From: an uncultured virus (IMG/VR IMGVR_UViG_3300020435_000116)
Taxonomy: Duplodnaviria > Heunggongvirae > Uroviricota > Caudoviricetes
Strand: one strand, 5' to 3'
DNA: 61,978 nucleotides
IMG/VR virus record: IMGVR_UViG_3300020435_000116
Location: 62,001-123,978 of that record
Position numbers and translations under genes: made by a program. Shown in pieces: positions 19,416 to 27,766 of the stretch; the stretch's first letter is position 1, and every line of letters starts with the position of its first letter. Under the pieces are notes generated by a model. It saw nothing but the letters and a program-made list of their open reading frames with translations, was not told where the DNA came from and ran no database searches.

Positions 19416-20951
19416 CTACGCGTACTGAGAAGGGCGGTTGGCCGTTAACATTAAACTGGCTACAGTAAACCGCGATACTTCTATCTTGTTTTTGTACATG
19501 GCATTTGTTCCTTTAATCTTTGCAATAGCGTCCCAGAATTGACGCTTAGGCATACGACCATCAGGTAACAATTCAATTAAAGGGTCATCTTTTAATTGAG
19601 GTTCAAGTGCCGTCAGTAATATCTGAGCAAAACGACCATTGATACGGATGTCTTCCAACGTCTCTTGATTAAGTAACGTTAAGTCGTTATACACACCTAC
19701 TCGCAGGTGATATACTCGCCGTAAAGAAAGATCTACGGTGGTAAATAGATTACCTTCCTCATCCATAGCTAACACACTATCTGACATACGAGTATGGTCC
19801 TGGTAGAGGCTAAAGAATACTGGACACGCGCCTAGCACCGTTGCAAACTCATGACGTTCTTTCAAATAGGTTATCACTTCATCAATTAGCGCAAAGTCTC
19901 CCAGCTCTTCAATGTTACACAAGTAGCGAGGGTTTTGTTCATCGACCGCAAGTAAAATACGCGCCATAGTACTGGTGCCCATAGGGACGCTAGTAGGTAA
20001 CCACTCATCAAAGGCTGGAACGGAATACCCCATAATAGTAGATAAGGCAGGAAGACGATGGCGATGTGCAATTACATCTAATCCCTGATTAAAGGCTGTG
20101 CTTAAGTACATCTCTAAATTAAGGTTGAAGTTTTCCGAATCATCAAAGAAACGAGGATCCAATAGTTGATTGTGTACTACTAAAGGATATTGCATTACCA
20201 CTGAGTGGGGTCTGTCAAACTGCACCACGTAATCAAACGTACTAATCCAATTACCGTTTTCCCCTTTCTCAAGTTCAGGTACTGATTCAAAATCGAAATA
20301 CCCTAGGATATTGGTTTGACGTTCACGCACACCTAGTGCTTTACGCTGTCCGCTTTGGTTAGACAACCACGTGACTTTAGGGTGGAAGTGTTTATTTAAG
20401 TACGTGTTAAGGTCTTCACCATAAGGCGCTACATTCTCACGTCGCTGATGGATTTGATCTAGGATAACTAGGATCTCTTTAGGGATGAGATAATGATAGT
20501 CACTTTCATGGATAAGTTCTTTAAACCCTTGGGCGGTACGGCGCTTGATTTCGCTTATCCACCGCTCAGCGCTATTCTTACTCTGTGCCTTATACTTAAC
20601 ACTGATGGTAACCTGCGTATGACCCACCACTGGTGTTACCACTACACCTAATTCAGGATCGTTGAATAAAGGAATATTACCTCGTGCAAATACATTGTTA
20701 GTCAACATATCCGAATCGACGTATTGCGTTCTTACTTCTAGTTGTAAGTATTCTTCATTTGAAAACGAAACATCTTTAGCCTCCCCATTTAGACTGCCAC
20801 CAATTTGAGGTGTGTTTTGAGGATCACCTGTAAATAGAGTCTTCACGTTACTTAGACCGGTGACTTTCTTTACTTTATCTATTACTTGGATGACAGTTGG
20901 GCGTATGACGCTATCGTAACTATCACCACAATCTAACGCTATACGTGGCAT
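19416..20951 (-). CDS. Virion structural protein (phiKZ gp98-like)
   Basis: YDSVIRP, YHYLIP and YPLVVHNQ motifs; synteny. Confidence 0.75.
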   Translation of the reverse strand: MPRIALDCGDSYDSVIRPTVIQVIDKVKKVTGLSNVKTLFTGDPQNTPQIGGSLNGEAKDVSFSNEEYLQLEVRTQYVDSDMLTNNVFARGNIPLFNDPELGVVVTPVVGHTQVTISVKYKAQSKNSAERWISEIKRRTAQGFKELIHESDYHYLIPKEILVILDQIHQRRENVAPYGEDLNTYLNKHFHPKVTWLSNQSGQRKALGVRERQTNILGYFDFESVPELEKGENGNWISTFDYVVQFDRPHSVVMQYPLVVHNQLLDPRFFDDSENFNLNLEMYLSTAFNQGLDVIAHRHRLPALSTIMGYSVPAFDEWLPTSVPMGTSTMARILLAVDEQNPRYLCNIEELGDFALIDEVITYLKERHEFATVLGACPVFFSLYQDHTRMSDSVLAMDEEGNLFTTVDLSLRRVYHLRVGVYNDLTLLNQETLEDIRINGRFAQILLTALEPQLKDDPLIELLPDGRMPKRQFWDAIAKIKGTNAMYKNKIEVSRFTVASLMLTANRPSQYA

Positions 20952-21017
20952 GATATCATTCCATGGTTAATACTAATCATAATTAATGGGCTGGTAATTA
21001 TATTCATACCATCCCCG

Positions 21018-21058
21018 ACGGCATAAGTAGGGATGGGGCCCCTACGACCCCATCCCTC
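21018..21058 (-). terminator. Hairpin terminator with TATGCCGT tail
   Basis: AGGGATGGGG/CCCCATCCCT stem. Confidence 0.85.
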
Positions 21059-21059
21059 T

Positions 21060-21303
21060 CAGCGACCACACTGGTGGTCAACAGCTACAGGTGTGACGGT
21101 CTGTCCAGGAACCGTACAGTGGTAGGGAAAATCAGGTAAAAAACCTACCAGAGAACACCGTGCCATGATGGTGCGTTGGAAAAGAGGCGTGTAGGTAAAT
21201 AGCCCAACCCAAAACCTACACCCTGTTATCAATTGCGAATTGGCAGGAAGACACATGTTACGTCAACAACCCGCGTGATAACCAATGACCGCATATCCCA
21301 TCA
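21060..21303 (-). ncRNA. Candidate structured non-coding RNA (~240 nt)
   Basis: Bounded by two terminators, with TATG (late-promoter core) at the 5' end, at least six stems and no credible ORF. Confidence 0.5.
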
Positions 21304-21310
21304 TACATAT

Positions 21311-21342
21311 ACGGCATAAAGCTAGGAGGAAATCCTCCTAGC
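21311..21342 (-). terminator. Hairpin terminator with TATGCCGT tail
   Basis: GCTAGGAGGA/TCCTCCTAGC stem. Confidence 0.85.
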
Positions 21343-21388
21343 CTAAGACCCAGATAATGGGATTTCTTTAGTACGTGTCGCTTAACGC

Positions 21389-22723
21389 TTACGCTTTGTC
21401 TTTCTTATACTGAGATAAGTTAGACTGAGCAACGCTAAGAGCTGCACGAACAGTGGTCATCGCAACGCGAGAAACCTGTGCTTCAAACTTAGTTGATGCA
21501 GTAGTAAAGGCAACGTTGAACTTCATCGCTGAATCTACGTAGCTAGACGCAGAGCTGATGCCCGCTTCGTCTTTGCTTGCTGCTTTAAACTTCTTGTTAA
21601 CCGCGTCAGATGCCTTAACGATGTTGTCAGCAATAGACTTAAGCGCTTTAGCGTCATGTTCTGCAATCATGTCGCAGATAGCAATAGAACGCTCAGCAAT
21701 AGTTACTACGTCAGATGTTGCAAAGATTTCCATCTCGGCTTCTTTATCTTTCGCTTTAGACTCTTGCTCGCTTGACTGCATTACAACCAAAGAAGACTTA
21801 CGGATACGCTCGGCACGACCCAATACATCTTCGTTTTCTTCAACCGGCGCTTCAACGTGGAAGATAGCCATGTCAGTTGGCAGGTGAACCGCTTCAACAG
21901 ATTCTGAACGATTGAAACGTGTATCGCGACCTACTTTAACCATCTTAACGCCTTTGAACTCGCTCATCTCGTGGATGGTAGCAAATGCGTTACTAACAGC
22001 GTCAAGTGAGCTGCGTGCTGTTTCGATAGACGTTACATCGAATTCGCCTAGCGCAGCGTCGATGTCTTTACCAGCTTTAATTAGCTGCTCTTTGTACTTA
22101 CCGTAAAGGTGAGTAGTAATAGACTCAACCAAAGAAAGACCTTCGATAACGTCAGAACCTTTCTTAGGTACTGCACCGTCAACCGATAGTACTTTAAGAG
22201 AACGACCTGCAGAGAAGGTTTTGCCTTCTGCAGTAGCTGATCCCATTTCCGCTACCTTTTCAGTTAGCGCTTCAGCACGTAGCTTAAGACCAGGTGCTGC
22301 TTTGGTTAGGTTGCCCCAGAAGATTTGGATCTGCTTCCACATGTTAGCGATAACTTTCTTAATCGCTTCCCAGATCTTCTCAACTGTTTGGTTAACCGCT
22401 TCAGTTGAAATGGTTTTACCCTGCATGTCTTCAAGACCAGGCTCAATCTCTTCAGTACCGATACCAGTACCTACTAGTGCAAGCTCAAGGCCAGCGTCAA
22501 AGAAAGCAAGATCAGTGTTACGTGCTTCAGATACATGACCTGCAACGGTTGCTAGGTTTTCTAAGCCCGCAGCAATTTCCATTGCGCGTTGGTTTTCAAC
22601 GTCTAATTTAATGAATTCGTGAAAGCTTTCTTCAGATGCGATTAGCGCATCTTCTTGTTCTTCAACACTCAGCGCTACTGGCGCTGGTTTAACCGCTACA
22701 GGTTCTTTAAAAAAGTTACGCAT
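21389..22723 (-). CDS. Internal head (inner body) protein, phiKZ gp93-97/gp162-163 family
   Basis: Acidic propeptide with SVE/GLE/STE sites, then V.KIWEAIKK..W amphipathic helix; paralog of its neighbour. Confidence 0.8.
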   Translation of the reverse strand: MRNFFKEPVAVKPAPVALSVEEQEDALIASEESFHEFIKLDVENQRAMEIAAGLENLATVAGHVSEARNTDLAFFDAGLELALVGTGIGTEEIEPGLEDMQGKTISTEAVNQTVEKIWEAIKKVIANMWKQIQIFWGNLTKAAPGLKLRAEALTEKVAEMGSATAEGKTFSAGRSLKVLSVDGAVPKKGSDVIEGLSLVESITTHLYGKYKEQLIKAGKDIDAALGEFDVTSIETARSSLDAVSNAFATIHEMSEFKGVKMVKVGRDTRFNRSESVEAVHLPTDMAIFHVEAPVEENEDVLGRAERIRKSSLVVMQSSEQESKAKDKEAEMEIFATSDVVTIAERSIAICDMIAEHDAKALKSIADNIVKASDAVNKKFKAASKDEAGISSASSYVDSAMKFNVAFTTASTKFEAQVSRVAMTTVRAALSVAQSNLSQYKKDKA

Positions 22724-22776
22724 TATTCTATCCTAATTACGTGTTGGGTTTGTTAATAAACTAACTTAACAGGGAA

Positions 22777-22800
22777 TAAGGTGGACCGAAGCCCACCTTA
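22777..22800 (-). terminator. Hairpin (terminator or processing stem)
   Basis: TAAGGTGG/CCACCTTA stem with a TTCG-containing loop. Confidence 0.6.
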
Positions 22801-22809
22801 CGATTTAAC

Positions 22810-24120
22810 TTACTCGTACTGCTTTGAAGAAGCAGCTGCGATGTCTAGAACGCCACCAAGTGCTTTTGCAGAGTGTGCAAGAAGCGCCATTGAAGGCTGG
22901 TCAACCATACGTGTAAACGTAGGTAGCATGCGAACCATTGCTTGAGTGTTAGATGCTACTGCTTTATCAGCGTCATCGCCTAACGCAGCTGATGCATCTT
23001 TACCGGCTTTAAGTAGGTCGTTCTTAACGTCGCTACCTTTATCAAAGACAGTATCTTTAGCACCGGCTAGTTCGTCAGCACAATCGATTACCAGGTCACA
23101 CAATGACTCGATGTCAGCAACTGCAAGCGTTGATACTTCTTTGTCAGCATCGTCAAGCTTCACGTCAGCCTTATCTTGAAGTGACGCAGAGTAGCTCTTT
23201 TCATTCGCTACCATCTTGATAACTTTACCGCCAAACAACTCGTCTGAGAAGTAAGCTTTCTCGCCATCAACGGTGCTTTCTTTAAGATCCAGCGTGCCTT
23301 TGAATGCTTGAGGTGCTTCAACTAGCTTAAGACCTGCTTCAACTAATAGCTCAGCGCCTTTCTCAGCATTTTCTTTTGCAACCTTACCTACGATATCGCC
23401 AAGTTCACCAGCAGTTTTAGTAAGTTCAGTTTGTGCTGTTACTACGTTGCCAAGTACAGTTTTAACTTCAGCCGCTACAGTAGAAACAGAAGCAAGCTTG
23501 CCGCCTTTGTGCAATTTAGCTACCGCAGAGCCAACGCTAACTTTTGATTCTTTCGCATCGCCAGTTTTGTCTTTAACACCTGCTTTGATTGCTTCAGCGC
23601 GTGCTTTGATTTTCTCAGCGTTGATGAAGAACTTAGCAAACCATGCCTTAACTGCTTCAATCGCTTTAAGTACCGCTGCTTTAACCGCTTCCCAAACACG
23701 TTGAATAGTTTCTTTGATACCTTCAACTGATACTTGAGTTGCTGTGATAGCTTCGCCTTCAGAACCGAAAGACTCGATGCCTGGAACGAAAGACTCTTCC
23801 AAACCTAAACGGTTAGCATAGCCTTCAACCGCTACGTGTAGCATAGCAGCGCCAGAACGCTTAAGACCGCCTTCAGGGATAGTTGCAGAAGCAGCACCAC
23901 AGATAGATTCAAGACCTGCAGCGATTTCCATTAGTTCGTTTACATCGCTATCAGCATGTTCAACACCAACGGTAGCAAGCGCTAGGTTTGCTTCAGCGTG
24001 CTCTAGAGCAGGGCCGGTAAGATCAACAACAGGTGCTTTCTCTACTGGCTTGTCTTTCTGGCTTTCTACTGCTACTGTTGGTGCAGTAGAGGCTAGTAAT
24101 GTTTTTAAACGGTTAGACAT
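22810..24120 (-). CDS. Internal head (inner body) protein, gp93 family
   Basis: AVE/ALE/GLE/GIE/SVE sites followed by GIKETIQRVWEAVK. Confidence 0.82.
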   Translation of the reverse strand: MSNRLKTLLASTAPTVAVESQKDKPVEKAPVVDLTGPALEHAEANLALATVGVEHADSDVNELMEIAAGLESICGAASATIPEGGLKRSGAAMLHVAVEGYANRLGLEESFVPGIESFGSEGEAITATQVSVEGIKETIQRVWEAVKAAVLKAIEAVKAWFAKFFINAEKIKARAEAIKAGVKDKTGDAKESKVSVGSAVAKLHKGGKLASVSTVAAEVKTVLGNVVTAQTELTKTAGELGDIVGKVAKENAEKGAELLVEAGLKLVEAPQAFKGTLDLKESTVDGEKAYFSDELFGGKVIKMVANEKSYSASLQDKADVKLDDADKEVSTLAVADIESLCDLVIDCADELAGAKDTVFDKGSDVKNDLLKAGKDASAALGDDADKAVASNTQAMVRMLPTFTRMVDQPSMALLAHSAKALGGVLDIAAASSKQYE

Positions 24121-24183
24121 AATTGTCTTACTCCCATATTAAGTTTTTTGTTTAATTAAACGTTTGGATAGTTTTACGTAAAA

Positions 24184-24741
24184 CTACACCCGGTTAGGGG
24201 TAACCTGCCAAGGATCATAGTTCGCTTGGGCAAATAAGATATACAGCGTTGTCAGGAGGTCTTCAAAACCGCCATCCATGGCAAGCCATGTCGCTATAGG
24301 GTTAGCGGGCAACGTTGTTTTTAACGCGTCATATAAAGAGTGATCCGAGATAGGTCCTTTCTTAGACGCACCCCACTCTGTGGTAGATGCCGTAGTAAGA
24401 CGCAACCAGGTATACACGTTCATTTTACGTGAGCCAGTAGAAAGCATCTCAACTGTGTCAACTAAGAAGTCACGCGTTTGATCTTTCAGCATGTTATTAT
24501 CACACTGTGTGATCAACACGTCGTAAAAGTGACTGCCACCTGTTAACCAGATTGCATACTTTACAAACTCATTCACCAACTCCATTGGGATGTTATCGGT
24601 GCGACGATAAACAACTTTCTCCATAAAGTCATGAAGCGTATTATGGATTTCTTCGATACTATAGTAAGTATCGTCATCACGCATGATGAACGGTTGTACT
24701 AAGCCACTTTGAAAAACCGTGGCGTTGTAGTTACGATACAT
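24184..24741 (-). CDS. Conserved virion-region protein (gp91/92 position)
   Basis: Start moved to ATG 24741 to remove the overlap with the upstream gene; W...GGF.DLL.TL..LF motif. Confidence 0.65.
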   Translation of the reverse strand: MYRNYNATVFQSGLVQPFIMRDDDTYYSIEEIHNTLHDFMEKVVYRRTDNIPMELVNEFVKYAIWLTGGSHFYDVLITQCDNNMLKDQTRDFLVDTVEMLSTGSRKMNVYTWLRLTTASTTEWGASKKGPISDHSLYDALKTTLPANPIATWLAMDGGFEDLLTTLYILFAQANYDPWQVTPNRV

Positions 24742-24751
24742 GCGTGGGCGG

Positions 24752-25639
24752 TTAGGCAGCCTTCTCTTCATCTCGATGGAGTTTGTAGCGCAACTTATCG
24801 ATGCGTCCTTGGGTGTGGTTAATCTGCTGTTCGATACTTGCATTTTCTTTACCGTCTCGACGTTGTTTAAGGTGGAGTAAGCGAAGCTCTAATGACTCAA
24901 GTTCTTCTTGTGCAAGTTTTGCATTTTGGACTTGATAGTTAGCAATCGCCATGCGAAGGTGATAGATCGGATTCCAACGATAAGGGATCAAGTTAAACTT
25001 AAAGGGATCCATGCGGTTGATACCCACAGTCTGTTTGGTCACATCTACCGTTTCAGGGTTTAACAAGATATCTGGAATCTTTTCAAAGGCTTCTACAGTA
25101 TCTTGTTTCTTACCACCAATCGCGTTAATACCACGAATGAAACCATCCATGTACTGCTTGACGTATTCCATCTCGCGGTTACTTGACTTGCTGTAATCGT
25201 CAGACAATACTTCTGATGCTTCTTCAGTCATAACCAGCAGAAGACGACGTGCATAAGAAGAACAGAAGCGTGCAACCTGAACGTATTGAATTAGGCTAGC
25301 CTGCGTGTATGTCATGGCATCACGCATTAAGCTATCTTGTTCAATGTTCTTACGGATGAGTTCTTCAACAACTGACAGGTTAGCTACAGCGCGTGTAAGC
25401 GATGTATGCACTGTCTGGATAGCGTTGTCTTTGTAAAGCTCTAGATTGCGCTTAGCCTTACGTTCAAACTCCTCAGCAATCTCACCTTTAAGTGGTGCTT
25501 TGCGAGTTAGGTCAGCTGCCGTCTTATAGACAGGCAGCGTGTGTAAGTTGATAGACTCACGGATTAGGTTAATATCACCCAATAGCGTCTCTTTAGAAGT
25601 AGACGGTAACAGCGATGAGAAAAGGGCTGTCAGTTTCAT
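24752..25639 (-). CDS. Inner-body virion protein (phiKZ gp90-like)
   Basis: FSSLLP N-terminus, NPIYH motif and C-terminal coiled coil; synteny. Confidence 0.72.
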   Translation of the reverse strand: MKLTALFSSLLPSTSKETLLGDINLIRESINLHTLPVYKTAADLTRKAPLKGEIAEEFERKAKRNLELYKDNAIQTVHTSLTRAVANLSVVEELIRKNIEQDSLMRDAMTYTQASLIQYVQVARFCSSYARRLLLVMTEEASEVLSDDYSKSSNREMEYVKQYMDGFIRGINAIGGKKQDTVEAFEKIPDILLNPETVDVTKQTVGINRMDPFKFNLIPYRWNPIYHLRMAIANYQVQNAKLAQEELESLELRLLHLKQRRDGKENASIEQQINHTQGRIDKLRYKLHRDEEKAA

Positions 25640-25651
25640 AAATTCGTTTCC

Positions 25652-26701
25652 TTAATAACGAGGGGTGTTACCTGCTTGAAAAGCTTTAAGCAGTTCAACA
25701 ACATCAGGACCAGTACGCTTGTTAGCAGTCTGCAAGTCACGATAGCTAAGCTCAGACTCATCTTCAATACCACGATGATAGATTGTGACACGTTCCCACT
25801 CAGTATCAACAACAACCATCAACATGACGAATGCATTTTTAAACAATGCTTCACGATGTTTGAACTTGCTTAACTTACCACCGATTTCTTTTTCGATATC
25901 AGCAGCCGTATCACTTGATACTACAACAATACCAGAGGCATCATTAAGTGACGCTTTCCCTGATAGGATACCGGATAGGCGGTTTTTATTACGACGCTGT
26001 TCAATACGTGCTAATGTGTCAGTTTTATCTTCCAACATAGCTTGCTTACGAGCATCGATGATGTCCTGGCACAAAATCAAATCTTGGATAAACTTAAGTT
26101 CACCTGCACGCCAGCGGTAGAAACGTTCTTTAGCGCTGTTATCCTTAACCCCGGCGGCTAAAATATGAACCAAACCTTGAGTGTTAATGTCTTTTACGTT
26201 AAGACGAACAGACATAGGGATGGTGACTTTCTGCTCACCTACACCTACACTCACCTCGAACAATTTACCTACTGCTAGGTTATTGACAGTGGTTAACTCA
26301 TTAAGCCCACGATCTTCAACGCTTGGCAGTAAAGAAACTGCAACATTACCTACCGTTTTAGTTTCGTAGTTTGGCAATGCGTATTTATACGCTTCAGTCC
26401 CAATTGCGTCAACCGGTGAGCGTTCTGTTGCTAGGCGATCTAGCGTGCGGACAACTTCAACGCCATTTACTTTAGTCAATACCGCAACGGCTTGTAAATA
26501 GTAGCCAGTGAATATTGAAGTAAGCGTTTGAAGTACATCTGTCATAAACGGTTCATTGCGTAAACGCGATTCCATCATCACAATGGGTTCAACACGTGTT
26601 GATCGCGTTACATCCGTTAGCGTTGAGCCTTTAGCAGATTCAATTATACCGGCTAGTTTGCTCACCACTGAAATAGTGGTATCGGCCGTGTCTTTAATCA
26701 T
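25652..26701 (-). CDS. Inner-body virion protein (phiKZ gp89-like)
   Basis: TRVEPI, GYYLQAV, NLAVGKL and DLILCQDII motifs. Confidence 0.78.
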   Translation of the reverse strand: MIKDTADTTISVVSKLAGIIESAKGSTLTDVTRSTRVEPIVMMESRLRNEPFMTDVLQTLTSIFTGYYLQAVAVLTKVNGVEVVRTLDRLATERSPVDAIGTEAYKYALPNYETKTVGNVAVSLLPSVEDRGLNELTTVNNLAVGKLFEVSVGVGEQKVTIPMSVRLNVKDINTQGLVHILAAGVKDNSAKERFYRWRAGELKFIQDLILCQDIIDARKQAMLEDKTDTLARIEQRRNKNRLSGILSGKASLNDASGIVVVSSDTAADIEKEIGGKLSKFKHREALFKNAFVMLMVVVDTEWERVTIYHRGIEDESELSYRDLQTANKRTGPDVVELLKAFQAGNTPRY

Positions 26702-26734
26702 GATAACAAGTCCTATAATGGGAGAGTAATTAGA

Positions 26735-27763
26735 ATGTCAAATCGTGAAACGATTAACCTTATCTCGAAAGGGAGTGGGCTTGGGAATTTGTCAGCAACA
26801 GCAACTAATGTCCATAAAGGCATTAACCACCGAGGCGTTGGGAACCCGGTTACCCAGAATACGGATAATCACGGCCTGACGTTTTTCACACGGCCTAGAT
26901 TAAATTTGTCATACGATAACTTAAGCGCCAGCCGTATACTTGCCCCTCTCCTCACTCAATCAGAGTTAACGCAACAGCGTTTGATACGAGTTTTATTAGA
27001 TCCCGATGGTACTAAATCACCGCGTTCAGTGAAAGCACCTGGTTTAGTTGATGAACGTAGCGCATTCATCCCCATGCTAACTAATAATTTATTATCCATC
27101 AGTGGTTGGCCTGATGTGGATGTCGATACCTATACTTCACAAGAAGGTATAGCAAAAGAAAGCTGGTCGATGATTGATGACATACCGCGTAATTATGGTA
27201 CGTATTCATTGACTGCAAACTTTCGTAACATCATAGGTGACCCGATCTCTGCATTGTTTTACGCCTGGACACATTACGCTATGGCGGTAGGTCGAGGTGA
27301 GCTTGTACCTTATCCAGAGATGATCGTTGAAAATGAGATAGACTACATGACGCGTATCTATCGTTTAGTCTTGGATCCAACGAGAACCTATGTTCAAAAA
27401 ATAGCGAACTGCGGGGCTGCATTTCCAACAGCGGTTCCCATGGGTGCTGCCTTTAACTATACAGCCGATAGTCCTTTGGCTAACGATAACGAACAAATCT
27501 CTATCCCGTTTCAATGCATAGGGGTTGAGTACAATGACCCTATAAGTATTCAAGAGTTTAACGCAACCGTTGTTTACTTTAATCCAGAAATGGCTGATGC
27601 AACCAGAGAGCAGCTGTTTACTAAATTGACCAAATCAGAATTGTCTTTATTTAACTATCAAGGTTATCCAAGGATAGCAGAAGACAACGAATTAGAATGG
27701 TGGGTAGCTAAAGACACCTACCAACTTACTATCGACGAACAAGTCGCTATAGCAGGAGTATAA
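26735..27763 (+). CDS. Virion structural protein (phiKZ gp88-like)
   Basis: GLTFFTRPRLNLS, ISGWPD and DYMTRIYRLVLD motifs. Confidence 0.78.
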   Translation: MSNRETINLISKGSGLGNLSATATNVHKGINHRGVGNPVTQNTDNHGLTFFTRPRLNLSYDNLSASRILAPLLTQSELTQQRLIRVLLDPDGTKSPRSVKAPGLVDERSAFIPMLTNNLLSISGWPDVDVDTYTSQEGIAKESWSMIDDIPRNYGTYSLTANFRNIIGDPISALFYAWTHYAMAVGRGELVPYPEMIVENEIDYMTRIYRLVLDPTRTYVQKIANCGAAFPTAVPMGAAFNYTADSPLANDNEQISIPFQCIGVEYNDPISIQEFNATVVYFNPEMADATREQLFTKLTKSELSLFNYQGYPRIAEDNELEWWVAKDTYQLTIDEQVAIAGV

Positions 27764-27766
27764 TAC

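Noticed and set aside
21059..21256. 65-aa ORF MCLPANS...
   Set aside because: No RBS, atypical composition, runs through dense hairpins; ncRNA or regulatory reading preferred but not proven
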